This document shows positions 1 through 7,669 of a stretch of DNA of 24,011 nucleotides, piece by piece. Under the pieces are notes generated by a model that was not told the DNA's origin, ran no database searches, and saw only the letters and a list, made by a program, of their open reading frames with translations. How positions within the stretch are numbered: position 1 is the first letter of the stretch; each line of letters starts with the position of its first letter. A program made the translations under genes and the position numbers. Origin of the DNA: Candidatus Methylomirabilota bacterium (GTDB taxonomy: Bacteria; Methylomirabilota; Methylomirabilia; Rokubacteriales; CSP1-6); NCBI GenBank assembly GCA_046726415.1, contig JBKPAK010000333.1, positions 1-24,011 of the forward strand, given 5' to 3'.

Positions 1-707
1 TCGGCATAGCGCGCCTCCATGAGCGTCTGCAAGAAATCCTCACCCACCAGCCCGCGGGCGCGGCGCTCCGCGATCACACCCGAGATCATCTCGGTGACGC
101 GGGCCCGCGCGCGGTCGCGCCGCCGGAACGCGGGGAGCGGCTGGTAGGGGTTGACGAAGGCGAGCAGGGTGATGCCTCCCTCGAGGTCGCGATAGAGGTC
201 GGCGAACTCCTTCGACAGTCGCCGGCGGAATTCCTCGCCGATGAGACAATGGCTGGCGATGAAGACCGTGAGCTCATTGAGGGCGACCAGAAGATCGACC
301 TCACCCTCTTCGCCCCACGCCTCCACGTAGGCCTCGACCTCCGCGCGCATCACGCGCGCGTAAGCGCGCAGCCGCTCGTCGCGCAACGCGGGGACGAGGA
401 GGCCCATCTGCTCGTCGAGGATCTCCGGCCGCACGTCGTAGACCACGCCGGGCCCGAAGACCGGAACCGTGAACTGGTAAACCTCACGGGGGCTGAGCTG
501 GCTCTCGTCCGCCGCGAAAAAAGCGGCCTGGGCGCCCGGGCCCACGAACGCCGTGACGTCCCGCCCGGCCAGGCGGAAGCCGAAGATCTCGCCGAACCGC
601 GCGCGGCCGCGCCGGAGAAGTCCCACGGGGTCGCGGCGCAGCGCCAGCGCGTGACCGAGCCAGGGCAACCCGCCGGGGAGTTGCGGCGGACGAGGAGGGG
701 CGGCCAC
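1..707 (-). CDS. cyp51: Sterol 14-alpha-demethylase cytochrome P450 (CYP51), 5' part; continues beyond the left edge
   Basis: Not in the ORF track. Manual translation from GTG at 707: MAAPPRPPQLPGGLPWLGHALALRRDPVGLLRRGRARFGEIF...LSPREVYQFTVPVFGPGVVYD...ELTVFIASHCLIGEEFR...LYRDLEGG...PLPAFRRRDRAR...DFLQTLMEARYA. YxFxxPxFGxGVVYD is the CYP51 SRS1 signature. The frame is open to base 1 and starts 2 bp after the stop of the upstream SDR. Confidence 0.93.
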   Translation of the reverse strand, partial: MAAPPRPPQLPGGLPWLGHALALRRDPVGLLRRGRARFGEIFGFRLAGRDVTAFVGPGAQAAFFAADESQLSPREVYQFTVPVFGPGVVYDVRPEILDEQMGLLVPALRDERLRAYARVMRAEVEAYVEAWGEEGEVDLLVALNELTVFIASHCLIGEEFRRRLSKEFADLYRDLEGGITLLAFVNPYQPLPAFRRRDRARARVTEMISGVIAERRARGLVGEDFLQTLMEARYA

Positions 708-709
708 CG

Positions 710-1714
710 TCAGCCGTCCCCCCGCCTGCGCAGGAGACCCCGGCGGACGAAGTCGTCATACGCCTCGCGGACGGCGTCCTCGATCGAGGTCGGCTCGAAG
801 CCGAGCTGCGTCCGGGCCTTGCTGATGTCGGCCCGCCGGCCCATCCGGAGGATGCGCACTGCCCCGGACGTGAAGCGGGGCTCGACGTGGGGGGCGATGC
901 GGGTCACCACGGCATCGACCACTCGGGCGATGCCGGCCATGAGCGGCGGGGGCAGGCGCAGGCGCGGTCGTCGGCGGCCCGTGACCTCCTCGTAGATCAT
1001 CATCAGCTCGTCGACGGTGCGAAAGCCGGAGGAGAAGATGTACTTCTGTCCGGTGGCGCCCTTGTCCATAACCAGCCGGTGTCCCTGGACGATGTCCCGA
1101 GCCGCCACGAACTCGAATCCCCCCGGGATGTACGCGCGCAGCCGGCCCCGCGCGAAGTCCAGCAGCAGCTGGCCCATTCGCGAGGGCTTGTAGTCGTGGG
1201 GGCCGAGAATGGCGCAGGAGGTTGCGATCACCACGTCGAGTCCGTCCGCGACCGCCTTGAGGCACTCGTGCTCGACGGCGACCTTCGAGCGCTGGTAGGG
1301 CAGCAGCGCGACGAACGGATTCACGGGAACGCTCTCGTCGGAGGGCCGATCGGGGAGATGGCCGACGGCGCTGAACGATCCCGTCACCACCACGCGCCGG
1401 ACGCCGTGCGTGAGCGCGGCAACCAGGACGTGGCGGGTGCCGAGCACGTTGCACTCGTAGATCTCCTGCTGATGGGTCTCGGCGCTCGACACCTTCGCGG
1501 CGGTGTGATAGATGCGCTCGGCACCGCGCACGGCCGCCTCCACCGCGGCGCGGTCACGGAGGTCGCCCCACGCCCACTCGACATCGAGGCCGCGCAGGGC
1601 CTCGTTGTTGCTGTCGCGATGAGCGAGCACGCGAACCGCCTGGCCCTCGGCGAGAAGGCGGCGGACCAGGTTGGCGCCAAGATGCCCGCTGCCTCCGGTC
1701 ACGAGAACTGGCAT
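710..1714 (-). CDS. sdmB: Extended SDR / NAD-dependent epimerase-dehydratase; SdmB-like sterol C-4 decarboxylase/3-ketoreductase
   Basis: TGxxGxxG (VTGGSGHLG), YxxxK (YQRSK), GGAGG RBS. Segments YHTAA-VS, GPxDxxPS and LDFAxGRxRA(F/Y)xPG recall methanotroph SdmB (from memory). It lies in a cluster with CYP51 and an SdmA-like Rieske gene. Confidence 0.75.
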   Translation of the reverse strand: MPVLVTGGSGHLGANLVRRLLAEGQAVRVLAHRDSNNEALRGLDVEWAWGDLRDRAAVEAAVRGAERIYHTAAKVSSAETHQQEIYECNVLGTRHVLVAALTHGVRRVVVTGSFSAVGHLPDRPSDESVPVNPFVALLPYQRSKVAVEHECLKAVADGLDVVIATSCAILGPHDYKPSRMGQLLLDFARGRLRAYIPGGFEFVAARDIVQGHRLVMDKGATGQKYIFSSGFRTVDELMMIYEEVTGRRRPRLRLPPPLMAGIARVVDAVVTRIAPHVEPRFTSGAVRILRMGRRADISKARTQLGFEPTSIEDAVREAYDDFVRRGLLRRRGDG

Positions 1715-1833
1715 GTCGCCTCCAGGTGGTGCCGGCGCCGGTCAGGGCATGTCGGAGAATCGAAACGCCTCAGGGTGAGCCAGCGACAGCGCAGATAACC
1801 CCTATCCACAGCCTCCCCGCTTACCGCGTCTCT

Positions 1834-1861
1834 CGTATAGTAGGGGCCGAGCCGCCGTCAA
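1834..1861 (-). promoter_or_regulatory. Possible sigma70-type promoter for sdmB-cyp51
   Basis: Minus strand TTGACG (1861-1856), 16-nt spacer, TATACG (1839-1834), within the 246-bp intergenic gap. The -10 match is imperfect. Confidence 0.25.
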
Positions 1862-1960
1862 GCGGGAAGTTTTTGTCCCCCAGCTCGGGCTTTGCGCGTT
1901 CCATCCCTCCGGGCGAAACCCCACCAACAACGCGGGAAGCAAGAAGATCGCCTCCGTTCC

Positions 1961-3214
1961 TCAGTACACGCCGGGAATGATGCGCCAGGGGACCCGCCGG
2001 CAATAGGTCTCCCAGTCCTTGCCGTACTTCGCCAGGCACATGGCGTAATCACGCCGCTCTCGGTGGACCAGGAGAATCACGAAGTAGGCGATGTAGAAGT
2101 ACGGGAGCGGGTGCGCGAGCCCGCACGGCAGGCACCAGGCGAGCCCCATCATGAGGTCGCCCAGATAGTTGAGATGCCGGGCGATCCCCCACCAGCCGGA
2201 CACGAGCAGAAGGCCGCCCTGGGCCGTGCGGATGTATTCGGGCGGCTTCCCCCATACCGCCGCCTGTGGGTCCCGCCGGAACCGGTGCTTCTGGACGTTC
2301 GCCGCACGGAAGAGGCTGTAGCCGGCCATGTGGAGCGTCACGATGCCGGCGGTCGCCCACAGCGGCAGCTCGTGCGGATGGCTCACCAGGTACTGCGCCT
2401 GGATGGTATAGGTGAACGGCACCCACACGAGGTCGCCCCAGCAGAGCATCCAGCCGAACTTCTCGTGCTTGATATCCCAGGTGTTGAGGATCGCCTCCTC
2501 GTGGAAAAAGTAGTCGGCGACGTACAGGAACTGGAAGGCGTTCACCAGGATCATCGGCGTGCTGATGGTGCCGTGCAGCTCATACTGCTTGGCCGCCAGC
2601 GACAGGTTGATCGCCACCCAGCCGATCAGGCCCGGTCGGCTTTCGCAGAAGAACTTGAAGTCGAAGGGGCCGTGGCGGGGATTCAGGGACGTGCCGATGA
2701 AGTAGTCGTAGAGAACATTCCCCGAGGTCTGCTCCCCCGGCGAGCGGCGGCGGCCGTGCCAATAGAGATAGAGGCTGAGGCTGAAGGCGACGAGATTCCC
2801 CACCGTCAGCAGCGGGCCGAGCTGGTCGGCGAGGATCGTCGGCCGCACCCAGCCGGCCCACACCCCGCTGACCAGGCACGCCCAGGTGAACCACCACGTG
2901 AACCAGCCGTTCATCCGGTACCGAAGGTGCGTCCCGTCGGGGAGCGGGGTGCCCACGGCGACCTTCCCAGGGGCGCAGAGCTGGAGCAGAGCCTGGAAGG
3001 CCAGCCAGCCGACCCAGATGAGGACGGCAGTCGGCGTCGGCGCCGGGACCCAGCGCGGGAGCGACAGCCACTCGTCGGCGGAGCGCGGGACGATGAGGGC
3101 GCCGCTGTTGTAGGCGAGACAGATCCAGACGTAGTAGACGAGCGGGGGCAACCCGGCGAGTAACAGCACCGACCCGCAGAACGAGAAAGCGCCCGGCTTC
3201 CGCGCGGCATCCAT
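1961..3214 (-). CDS. ERG4/ERG24-family sterol reductase, most like Delta14-sterol reductase (ERG24/MaSR1 type), 417 aa
   Basis: Likely start ATG 3214 (MDAARKPG); the 915-aa ORF in the track is over-extended. Motifs LNPR, FDFKFFCESRPGL, YVADYFFHEEAILNTWDIKHEKFGWMLCWGDLVWVPFTY, LLVSGWWGIARHLNYLGD and RDxxxCxxKYGxDWxxYCxxVPWRIIPGVY. Multiple hydrophobic segments. Confidence 0.88.
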   Translation of the reverse strand: MDAARKPGAFSFCGSVLLLAGLPPLVYYVWICLAYNSGALIVPRSADEWLSLPRWVPAPTPTAVLIWVGWLAFQALLQLCAPGKVAVGTPLPDGTHLRYRMNGWFTWWFTWACLVSGVWAGWVRPTILADQLGPLLTVGNLVAFSLSLYLYWHGRRRSPGEQTSGNVLYDYFIGTSLNPRHGPFDFKFFCESRPGLIGWVAINLSLAAKQYELHGTISTPMILVNAFQFLYVADYFFHEEAILNTWDIKHEKFGWMLCWGDLVWVPFTYTIQAQYLVSHPHELPLWATAGIVTLHMAGYSLFRAANVQKHRFRRDPQAAVWGKPPEYIRTAQGGLLLVSGWWGIARHLNYLGDLMMGLAWCLPCGLAHPLPYFYIAYFVILLVHRERRDYAMCLAKYGKDWETYCRRVPWRIIPGVY

Positions 3215-3424
3215 TGTAGCTTCTCGCGGCGGTGACAATCGCACGGCAACGCCGGGCTTCGCAATCCCCCTGCAGGCGACGCGGGCTTGATCTTCCTCGA
3301 CCCGATGGCGCATTGTAGGGGCACCATGCCCGTCACGAAGTTCGTCGCGACGCCGGTCCGCTCCCGGCGAAAGCGGCGCCCGGCGGGTGCCGGGGGCCGT
3401 GATCGTCGCGAGCGGGGGGCGGCG

Positions 3425-4555
3425 GTGACGACCGGGCCGCCCCGCTACGAGGACGCCCGCAACCGTCGGGAGAAGATCCGCGCGGCCGGCTTGAGCCCGG
3501 ACTATTGGTATGCCGTGGAATACGACCGCGCGGTGAAGCCGGGCCAGGTGGTCGAGGTGACGTTCTGGAACACCTCGATCGCGCTCTACCGGGGGTGCGA
3601 CAACGTGCTGCGCGCGGTGGAGAACCGCTGCGGCCACCGCCAGCTCAAGCTCTCCCTCGGTGAGGTGACGGGCTGTACCTTGACCTGCGCGTACCATGGC
3701 TGGTCGTACGGCGAGGAGGGCCAGCTGGTGGGGATCGCCCACGACCTCTTCGGGCGGCCCATGCCGTCGATCCGGATCCGCGCATATCCGGTCCGCGTGC
3801 GCTACGGCCTGATCTGGCTCTTCCCCGGCGATCCGGCGCGCGCGACCGCGCGGGCGATCCCCGATATCCCGGAGCTCGAGGGGCCCGATCGCTGGGCGTG
3901 CGTTCCCCTCGACTTCACCTGGCGGGCCCACCACTCGATGATCATAGACAACGTCAGCGACTTCACGCATGCCTGGCTCCACCGCAAGTACCAGCCCTTC
4001 ACGGACGCCCGGCTGACCCGGTGCGAGACCCACGGCGATCGCGTGTTCGTGAGCTATAAGACCCGCATCGGGATGGGGCGCATCTCCAAGCTCTTCGTGG
4101 ACCGACGACGGATCGACACGAATGCCATTGACCTCTGCTACGAGTATCCGTACCAGTGGTCCGACACCGACGGCAAGATCAAGCACTGGTGTTTCGTTCT
4201 GCCGGTCGACGAGTGCACCACCCGGGTCTTCTTCCTCTTCTATTTCGAGTCGCTCAACATCCCGCTGCTGCCTCTGCGCATCCCGCGGGTCCTGATGACG
4301 GTCGTCCTCCGGATCTCGAACCGCCTTCTGATCGAGCCGCTCCTGCGCCAGGACGGTTTCGCCGTCGAGGCCGAGCAGCGGGCCTATGAGACCCACTGGG
4401 ACCAGCCCATCCCCGACCTCAACCCGGCCGTGGGGATGTTCCAGCAACTGACCATTCGCAAGTGGAAGGAGCACCTGGCGGGCGCGCCCGCCCCGCCCTC
4501 CACCGAATCGGGGGCGCCGGCGGGCGAGGACCAGCCGGCAGGGTGGGCTCCCTGA
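3425..4555 (+). CDS. sdmA: Rieske non-heme iron oxygenase, SdmA-like sterol C-4 methyl oxidase
   Basis: Rieske CxH...CxYH (CGHR...CAYHGW) and mononuclear Fe motif DNVSDFTHAWLH. YEYPYQWS, HWCFVLP, EPLLxxD and LNPAxxxFQxLTxxKW recall methanotroph SdmA (from memory). Start uncertain: GTG 3425 preferred, ATG 3326 is in frame. Confidence 0.8.
   Translation: MTTGPPRYEDARNRREKIRAAGLSPDYWYAVEYDRAVKPGQVVEVTFWNTSIALYRGCDNVLRAVENRCGHRQLKLSLGEVTGCTLTCAYHGWSYGEEGQLVGIAHDLFGRPMPSIRIRAYPVRVRYGLIWLFPGDPARATARAIPDIPELEGPDRWACVPLDFTWRAHHSMIIDNVSDFTHAWLHRKYQPFTDARLTRCETHGDRVFVSYKTRIGMGRISKLFVDRRRIDTNAIDLCYEYPYQWSDTDGKIKHWCFVLPVDECTTRVFFLFYFESLNIPLLPLRIPRVLMTVVLRISNRLLIEPLLRQDGFAVEAEQRAYETHWDQPIPDLNPAVGMFQQLTIRKWKEHLAGAPAPPSTESGAPAGEDQPAGWAP
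3941..4555 (+). repeat. Copy 1 of a ~580-615-bp imperfect direct repeat (copy 2 at 8821-9398)
   Basis: Long identical runs occur in both copies, e.g. GGATCGACACGAATGCCATTGACCTCTGCTACGAGTATCCGTACCAGTGGTCCGACACCGACGGCAAGATCAAGCACTGGTGTTTCGT. Confidence 0.95.
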
Positions 4556-4639
4556 GGGGGCCGGCCCCAGGCCCGAGCGTCGCGACGGGCAGGGGAAACC
4601 CCGGGCGACCGTGATGGCGTCGGCCCTCGCTGGCTGCGC

Positions 4640-5138
4640 ATGACTCTCATCCCCGCCACGCTCATGCTCCTCTGTCCCCCGACGGCGATCCTCGTCTGGT
4701 ACACGCACACGGCGCTCGGCGGATCAATAGCCGCCCTCGGCCAGCTGGTCGCGCGCGAGGGTCTCGGGGGCACGGTCTCCCGCGTGTTCACGCCGGTGTT
4801 CTTCGGGTCGCCCACGGCGTGGCGGTCATCGGGATCTTCGCCGCATCGCAGCTCGCGCTCCTGCGCCTCGTGCCCGGCCCGCCGTTCCACGGGCCCGTCA
4901 CGACGACGGGCCACGTGCCCGCGTACACGGCGAACGGCCCGGCCGCCCTCGCGGTGACGCTCGCCCTCTTCGGCGGCGCGAGCTTCGGGCTCGAGATCTT
5001 CCCCGCACCATCGTCGCCGATCACTTCGGCGCCATCATCGGCGCGCTCAACGTCTTCAGCCTGGTGTTCTGCCTGCTGCTCTATCTCAAGGGCCGCCACC
5101 GCCCGTCCACCCGCGACGCGGGCCAGAGCGCCAAGTGA
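4640..5138 (+). pseudogene. 7-dehydrocholesterol (Delta7-sterol) reductase, DWF5/DHCR7 type; N-terminal ~165 aa with 2 frameshifts, then truncated
   Basis: Joining three frames (shifts at ~4821 and ~5006) gives MTLIPATLMLLCPPTAILVWYTH...FFGSPTAW/AVIGIFAASQLALLRLVPG...GPVTTTGHVPAYTANG...FP/TIVADHFGAIIGALNVFSLVFCLLLYLKGRHRPSTRDAGQSAK*. This matches the DWF5-type N-terminus (CPPxxILxWYT, GPxxxxGxxPxYxANG, LYxKG). The catalytic C-terminal part is absent. Confidence 0.8.
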
Positions 5139-5157
5139 TGGTCCCCGCGGGCGAGTG

Positions 5158-6567
5158 TCAGTACACGCCAGGCACGAAGCGGTATGGGACACGGCGGCAG
5201 TATGTGTCCCAGTCGGCCCCGTACTTCTCCCGGCAGTCGCGGTCGTCGCGGCGTTCGCGGTGGACGAGCAGCGCCGTCAGCGACACCGGGTAGATGTAGG
5301 GCACGAGCGAGCCGAACCCGCACGCGAGGGCCCAGGTCCACGCCATCGCGATGTCCCCGGTGTAGTTGACGTGGCGGGCTAGGCCCCACCAGCCGCCGAC
5401 CAGGAGCGCGGTGCCGCGCGCGGTCGGCAGCGTCTGCGGCGCGCGCAGCCGTCCCCAGGGCAGGCGCGGGGGCGCGCGGCGCAGGCGCCGGCCGGCGTTG
5501 CGGAAGTAGTCCTTCTGGCTGTTCGCGGTGTCGAACACCCAATAGGCCAAGAGGTGGAGGGCCAGCAGGGCCGCGGCCCAGCCGAGAGGAATATCCACGC
5601 CGGCCTGAAGGACGTAGTAGGCCGGCAGGCAGTAGACGAACGGGACCCACACCAGGTTGCCCCAGGCCAGCATCCAGCCGAAGTTCTCGCGGGCGATGTC
5701 CATGCTCATGGGGACGCATTCCTCGCCCTTGTAGCAGGCATTGACGTAGCAGAGGTAGTAGAAGGCGAGCAACGCCATGGAGGTCGTCACCCCGCCGCGG
5801 GTCTCGTACTGCCGGACCAGCATGGACACGGTGAATAGGAACCACAGCATGATCCCGGGCCGCAGCTCGACGAAAAACTTGATGTCGAAGGGCCCCTGGC
5901 GGGGATTGAGCACCGCGCCCATGAAAAAGTCCTGGACGAGGTTCCCGCTCCGCCGCTCCGCCCGGCCCGACCACCGGGCTCCCACGTGGCAGGCCGCGGC
6001 GAGCGCGGTGGCCACCAGCGTCGCCACCGTGAGCAGCGGTCCGAAGTGGGCGTACAGCCGCGTGATCGGAAAGAGCCCGGTCACGTGCAGGACGGCCGCG
6101 GCGGCCAGGGTGGCGTACCAGGCGAACAGGCCATTGTACCGGTAGGTGAGTCGCGAGCGACCGTCCGGCAAGAGGGCCCCCTGCCCGGTAGGTCCCGGGC
6201 CCACGAGCGCCAGGAGCGCTTGCCACGCGAGCCAGCCCCCGTAGATGGCGAGCGCCGTTTTCGTGGGCCACGCATGGGTGAGCACGCGACCGGCCAGCGA
6301 GCCGAGGAACTCGGCGATTGCATGAGGGGCCAGCGAAGGAGGACGCGGCAGCGCGCCGCCGTGGAACTCGACCGCGATCCAGAGGTAGTAGACAAGGGCC
6401 GGGAGCAGGAGGAGCGCCGCCACCGCGCCCCAGGCGCCGCCGAATTCCCTGGCGGGGACCCTCTCCGGCGCGCCCCCGGGGGCCCGGGGGCGTCCCGCGC
6501 GGGCTGCCCGGGGCTCGACGTCCTCGAGCGCGGACGCCGTGGTCTCGCGTGGGGTCCCTGGCCTCAT
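5158..6567 (-). CDS. ERG4/ERG24-family sterol reductase with fungal ERG4 (Delta24(28)-sterol reductase) signature
   Basis: EFGG near the N-terminus, DFFMGAVLNPR, YVNACYKGEEC (ERG4-type NACxKGEE rather than the DxxxxE of Delta14/Delta7 reductases), FDTANSQKDYFR, LLVGGWWGLARHVNYTGD and RDDRDCREKYGADW...PGVY. Probable start ATG 6567. Confidence 0.85.
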   Translation of the reverse strand: MRPGTPRETTASALEDVEPRAARAGRPRAPGGAPERVPAREFGGAWGAVAALLLLPALVYYLWIAVEFHGGALPRPPSLAPHAIAEFLGSLAGRVLTHAWPTKTALAIYGGWLAWQALLALVGPGPTGQGALLPDGRSRLTYRYNGLFAWYATLAAAAVLHVTGLFPITRLYAHFGPLLTVATLVATALAAACHVGARWSGRAERRSGNLVQDFFMGAVLNPRQGPFDIKFFVELRPGIMLWFLFTVSMLVRQYETRGGVTTSMALLAFYYLCYVNACYKGEECVPMSMDIARENFGWMLAWGNLVWVPFVYCLPAYYVLQAGVDIPLGWAAALLALHLLAYWVFDTANSQKDYFRNAGRRLRRAPPRLPWGRLRAPQTLPTARGTALLVGGWWGLARHVNYTGDIAMAWTWALACGFGSLVPYIYPVSLTALLVHRERRDDRDCREKYGADWDTYCRRVPYRFVPGVY

Positions 6568-6607
6568 CGCGCTCTGGGATAATCGACGACCTGGAGATCC
6601 GCGCATC

Positions 6608-6617
6608 TGGTAGTCTA
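6608..6617. promoter_or_regulatory. Candidate overlapping divergent -10 elements between the ERG4-like gene and smt
   Basis: In the 76-bp divergent gap: plus strand TG-G-TAGTCT (extended -10-like, 6608-6616) and minus strand TAGACT (6617-6612). Confidence 0.25.
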
Positions 6618-6643
6618 GCATCCGCTCGGCGCCCGGAGCACAC

Positions 6644-7669
6644 ATGCCCGACGACCCGGGACTGACGGACCTCGCGCAGACCTCCTTGCCGCGGCGTGAC
6701 GTCGCGCCCACCGCCGCACGCTACCTCGCCCTGCACGATGCCGCCACCGGTGGCGTCGATGCGCGCAAGCGGCACTACGCGCGCATGGTCGGCGACTTCT
6801 ACGACCTGGTGACGGACTTCTACGAGTTCGGCTGGGGACAGTCGTTCCACTTCGCCCCTCGCCACCGGGGCGAGTCGCTCGCCGCGTCGCTCGCCCGCCA
6901 CGAGTTCTTCCTGGCCCTCCGGCTGGGCCTGCGCCCCGGCATGCGCGTGCTGGACGTCGGGTGCGGCGTGGGCGGGCCCATGCGGGCGATCGCGCGCTTT
7001 TCCGGGGCCCAGATCGTCGGCATCACCGCCAGCGCCTACCAGATCCGGCGCGGCCTCGAGCAGACACGGGCGGCCGGGCTCGATCACCTGTGCGCGTTCC
7101 GGCACGGCGACTTCATGGAGATCCCCCCCGACGACGGCCCCTACGACGCCGTCTACGCCATCGAGGCGACCTGCCACGCGCCCGAGCGGGCCCGGCTGTT
7201 CGCGAGCCTGGCGCGGGTGATGAAGCCAGGCGCGATCTTCGGTACCTACGAGTGGTGCGTCACCCCGCGCTACGACCCCGGCGATCCCGAGCACCGCGCG
7301 ATCAAGGCGGACATTGAGACCGGCGACGCGCTGCCCGACCTGGTGCCCTTCGACGTGGTGCTCGACGCCCTCGATCGGGCCGGGCTCGAGGTGCTGGAGC
7401 ACCGCGACCTGGCGCCGGAATGCGACCCGGAGACGCCGTGGTACGAGCCCCTCGCCGGCCGCTGGTCGCTGGCCGGCTTCCGGCGCACGCGGGCCGGCCG
7501 CGCCGCCACGAACCTCGCGCTGCGGGCGCTGGAGGCCGTGCGCATCGCGCCCCGCGGGTCGGCGGCGGTCAGCACCTTCCTGAACCGCGCCGCCGACGCT
7601 CTGGTGCGGGGCGGCCAGACCGGCATCTTCACGCCGATGTTCTACGTCCTCGCCCACAAGCCGCGATGA
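6644..7669 (+). CDS. smt: SAM-dependent sterol C24-methyltransferase (ERG6/SMT family)
   Basis: All diagnostic SMT regions are present: FYDLVTDFYEFGWGQSFHFA, LDVGCGVGGP, YAIEATCHAP and YEW, plus C-terminal LVxGGxxGIFTPMF. GGAG RBS at 6635-6638. Confidence 0.95.
   Translation: MPDDPGLTDLAQTSLPRRDVAPTAARYLALHDAATGGVDARKRHYARMVGDFYDLVTDFYEFGWGQSFHFAPRHRGESLAASLARHEFFLALRLGLRPGMRVLDVGCGVGGPMRAIARFSGAQIVGITASAYQIRRGLEQTRAAGLDHLCAFRHGDFMEIPPDDGPYDAVYAIEATCHAPERARLFASLARVMKPGAIFGTYEWCVTPRYDPGDPEHRAIKADIETGDALPDLVPFDVVLDALDRAGLEVLEHRDLAPECDPETPWYEPLAGRWSLAGFRRTRAGRAATNLALRALEAVRIAPRGSAAVSTFLNRAADALVRGGQTGIFTPMFYVLAHKPR

Noticed and set aside
3215..4708. N-terminal 498 aa of the 915-aa ORF 1961-4708 as a giant reductase fusion
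   Set aside because: It is mostly the antisense shadow of sdmA. Reductase similarity begins only at ATG 3214.
1961..5169. Identical TCAGTACACGCC at 1961 and 5158 as an att site or mobile-element end
   Set aside because: It encodes the conserved GVY-stop C-terminus of two paralogous reductases.
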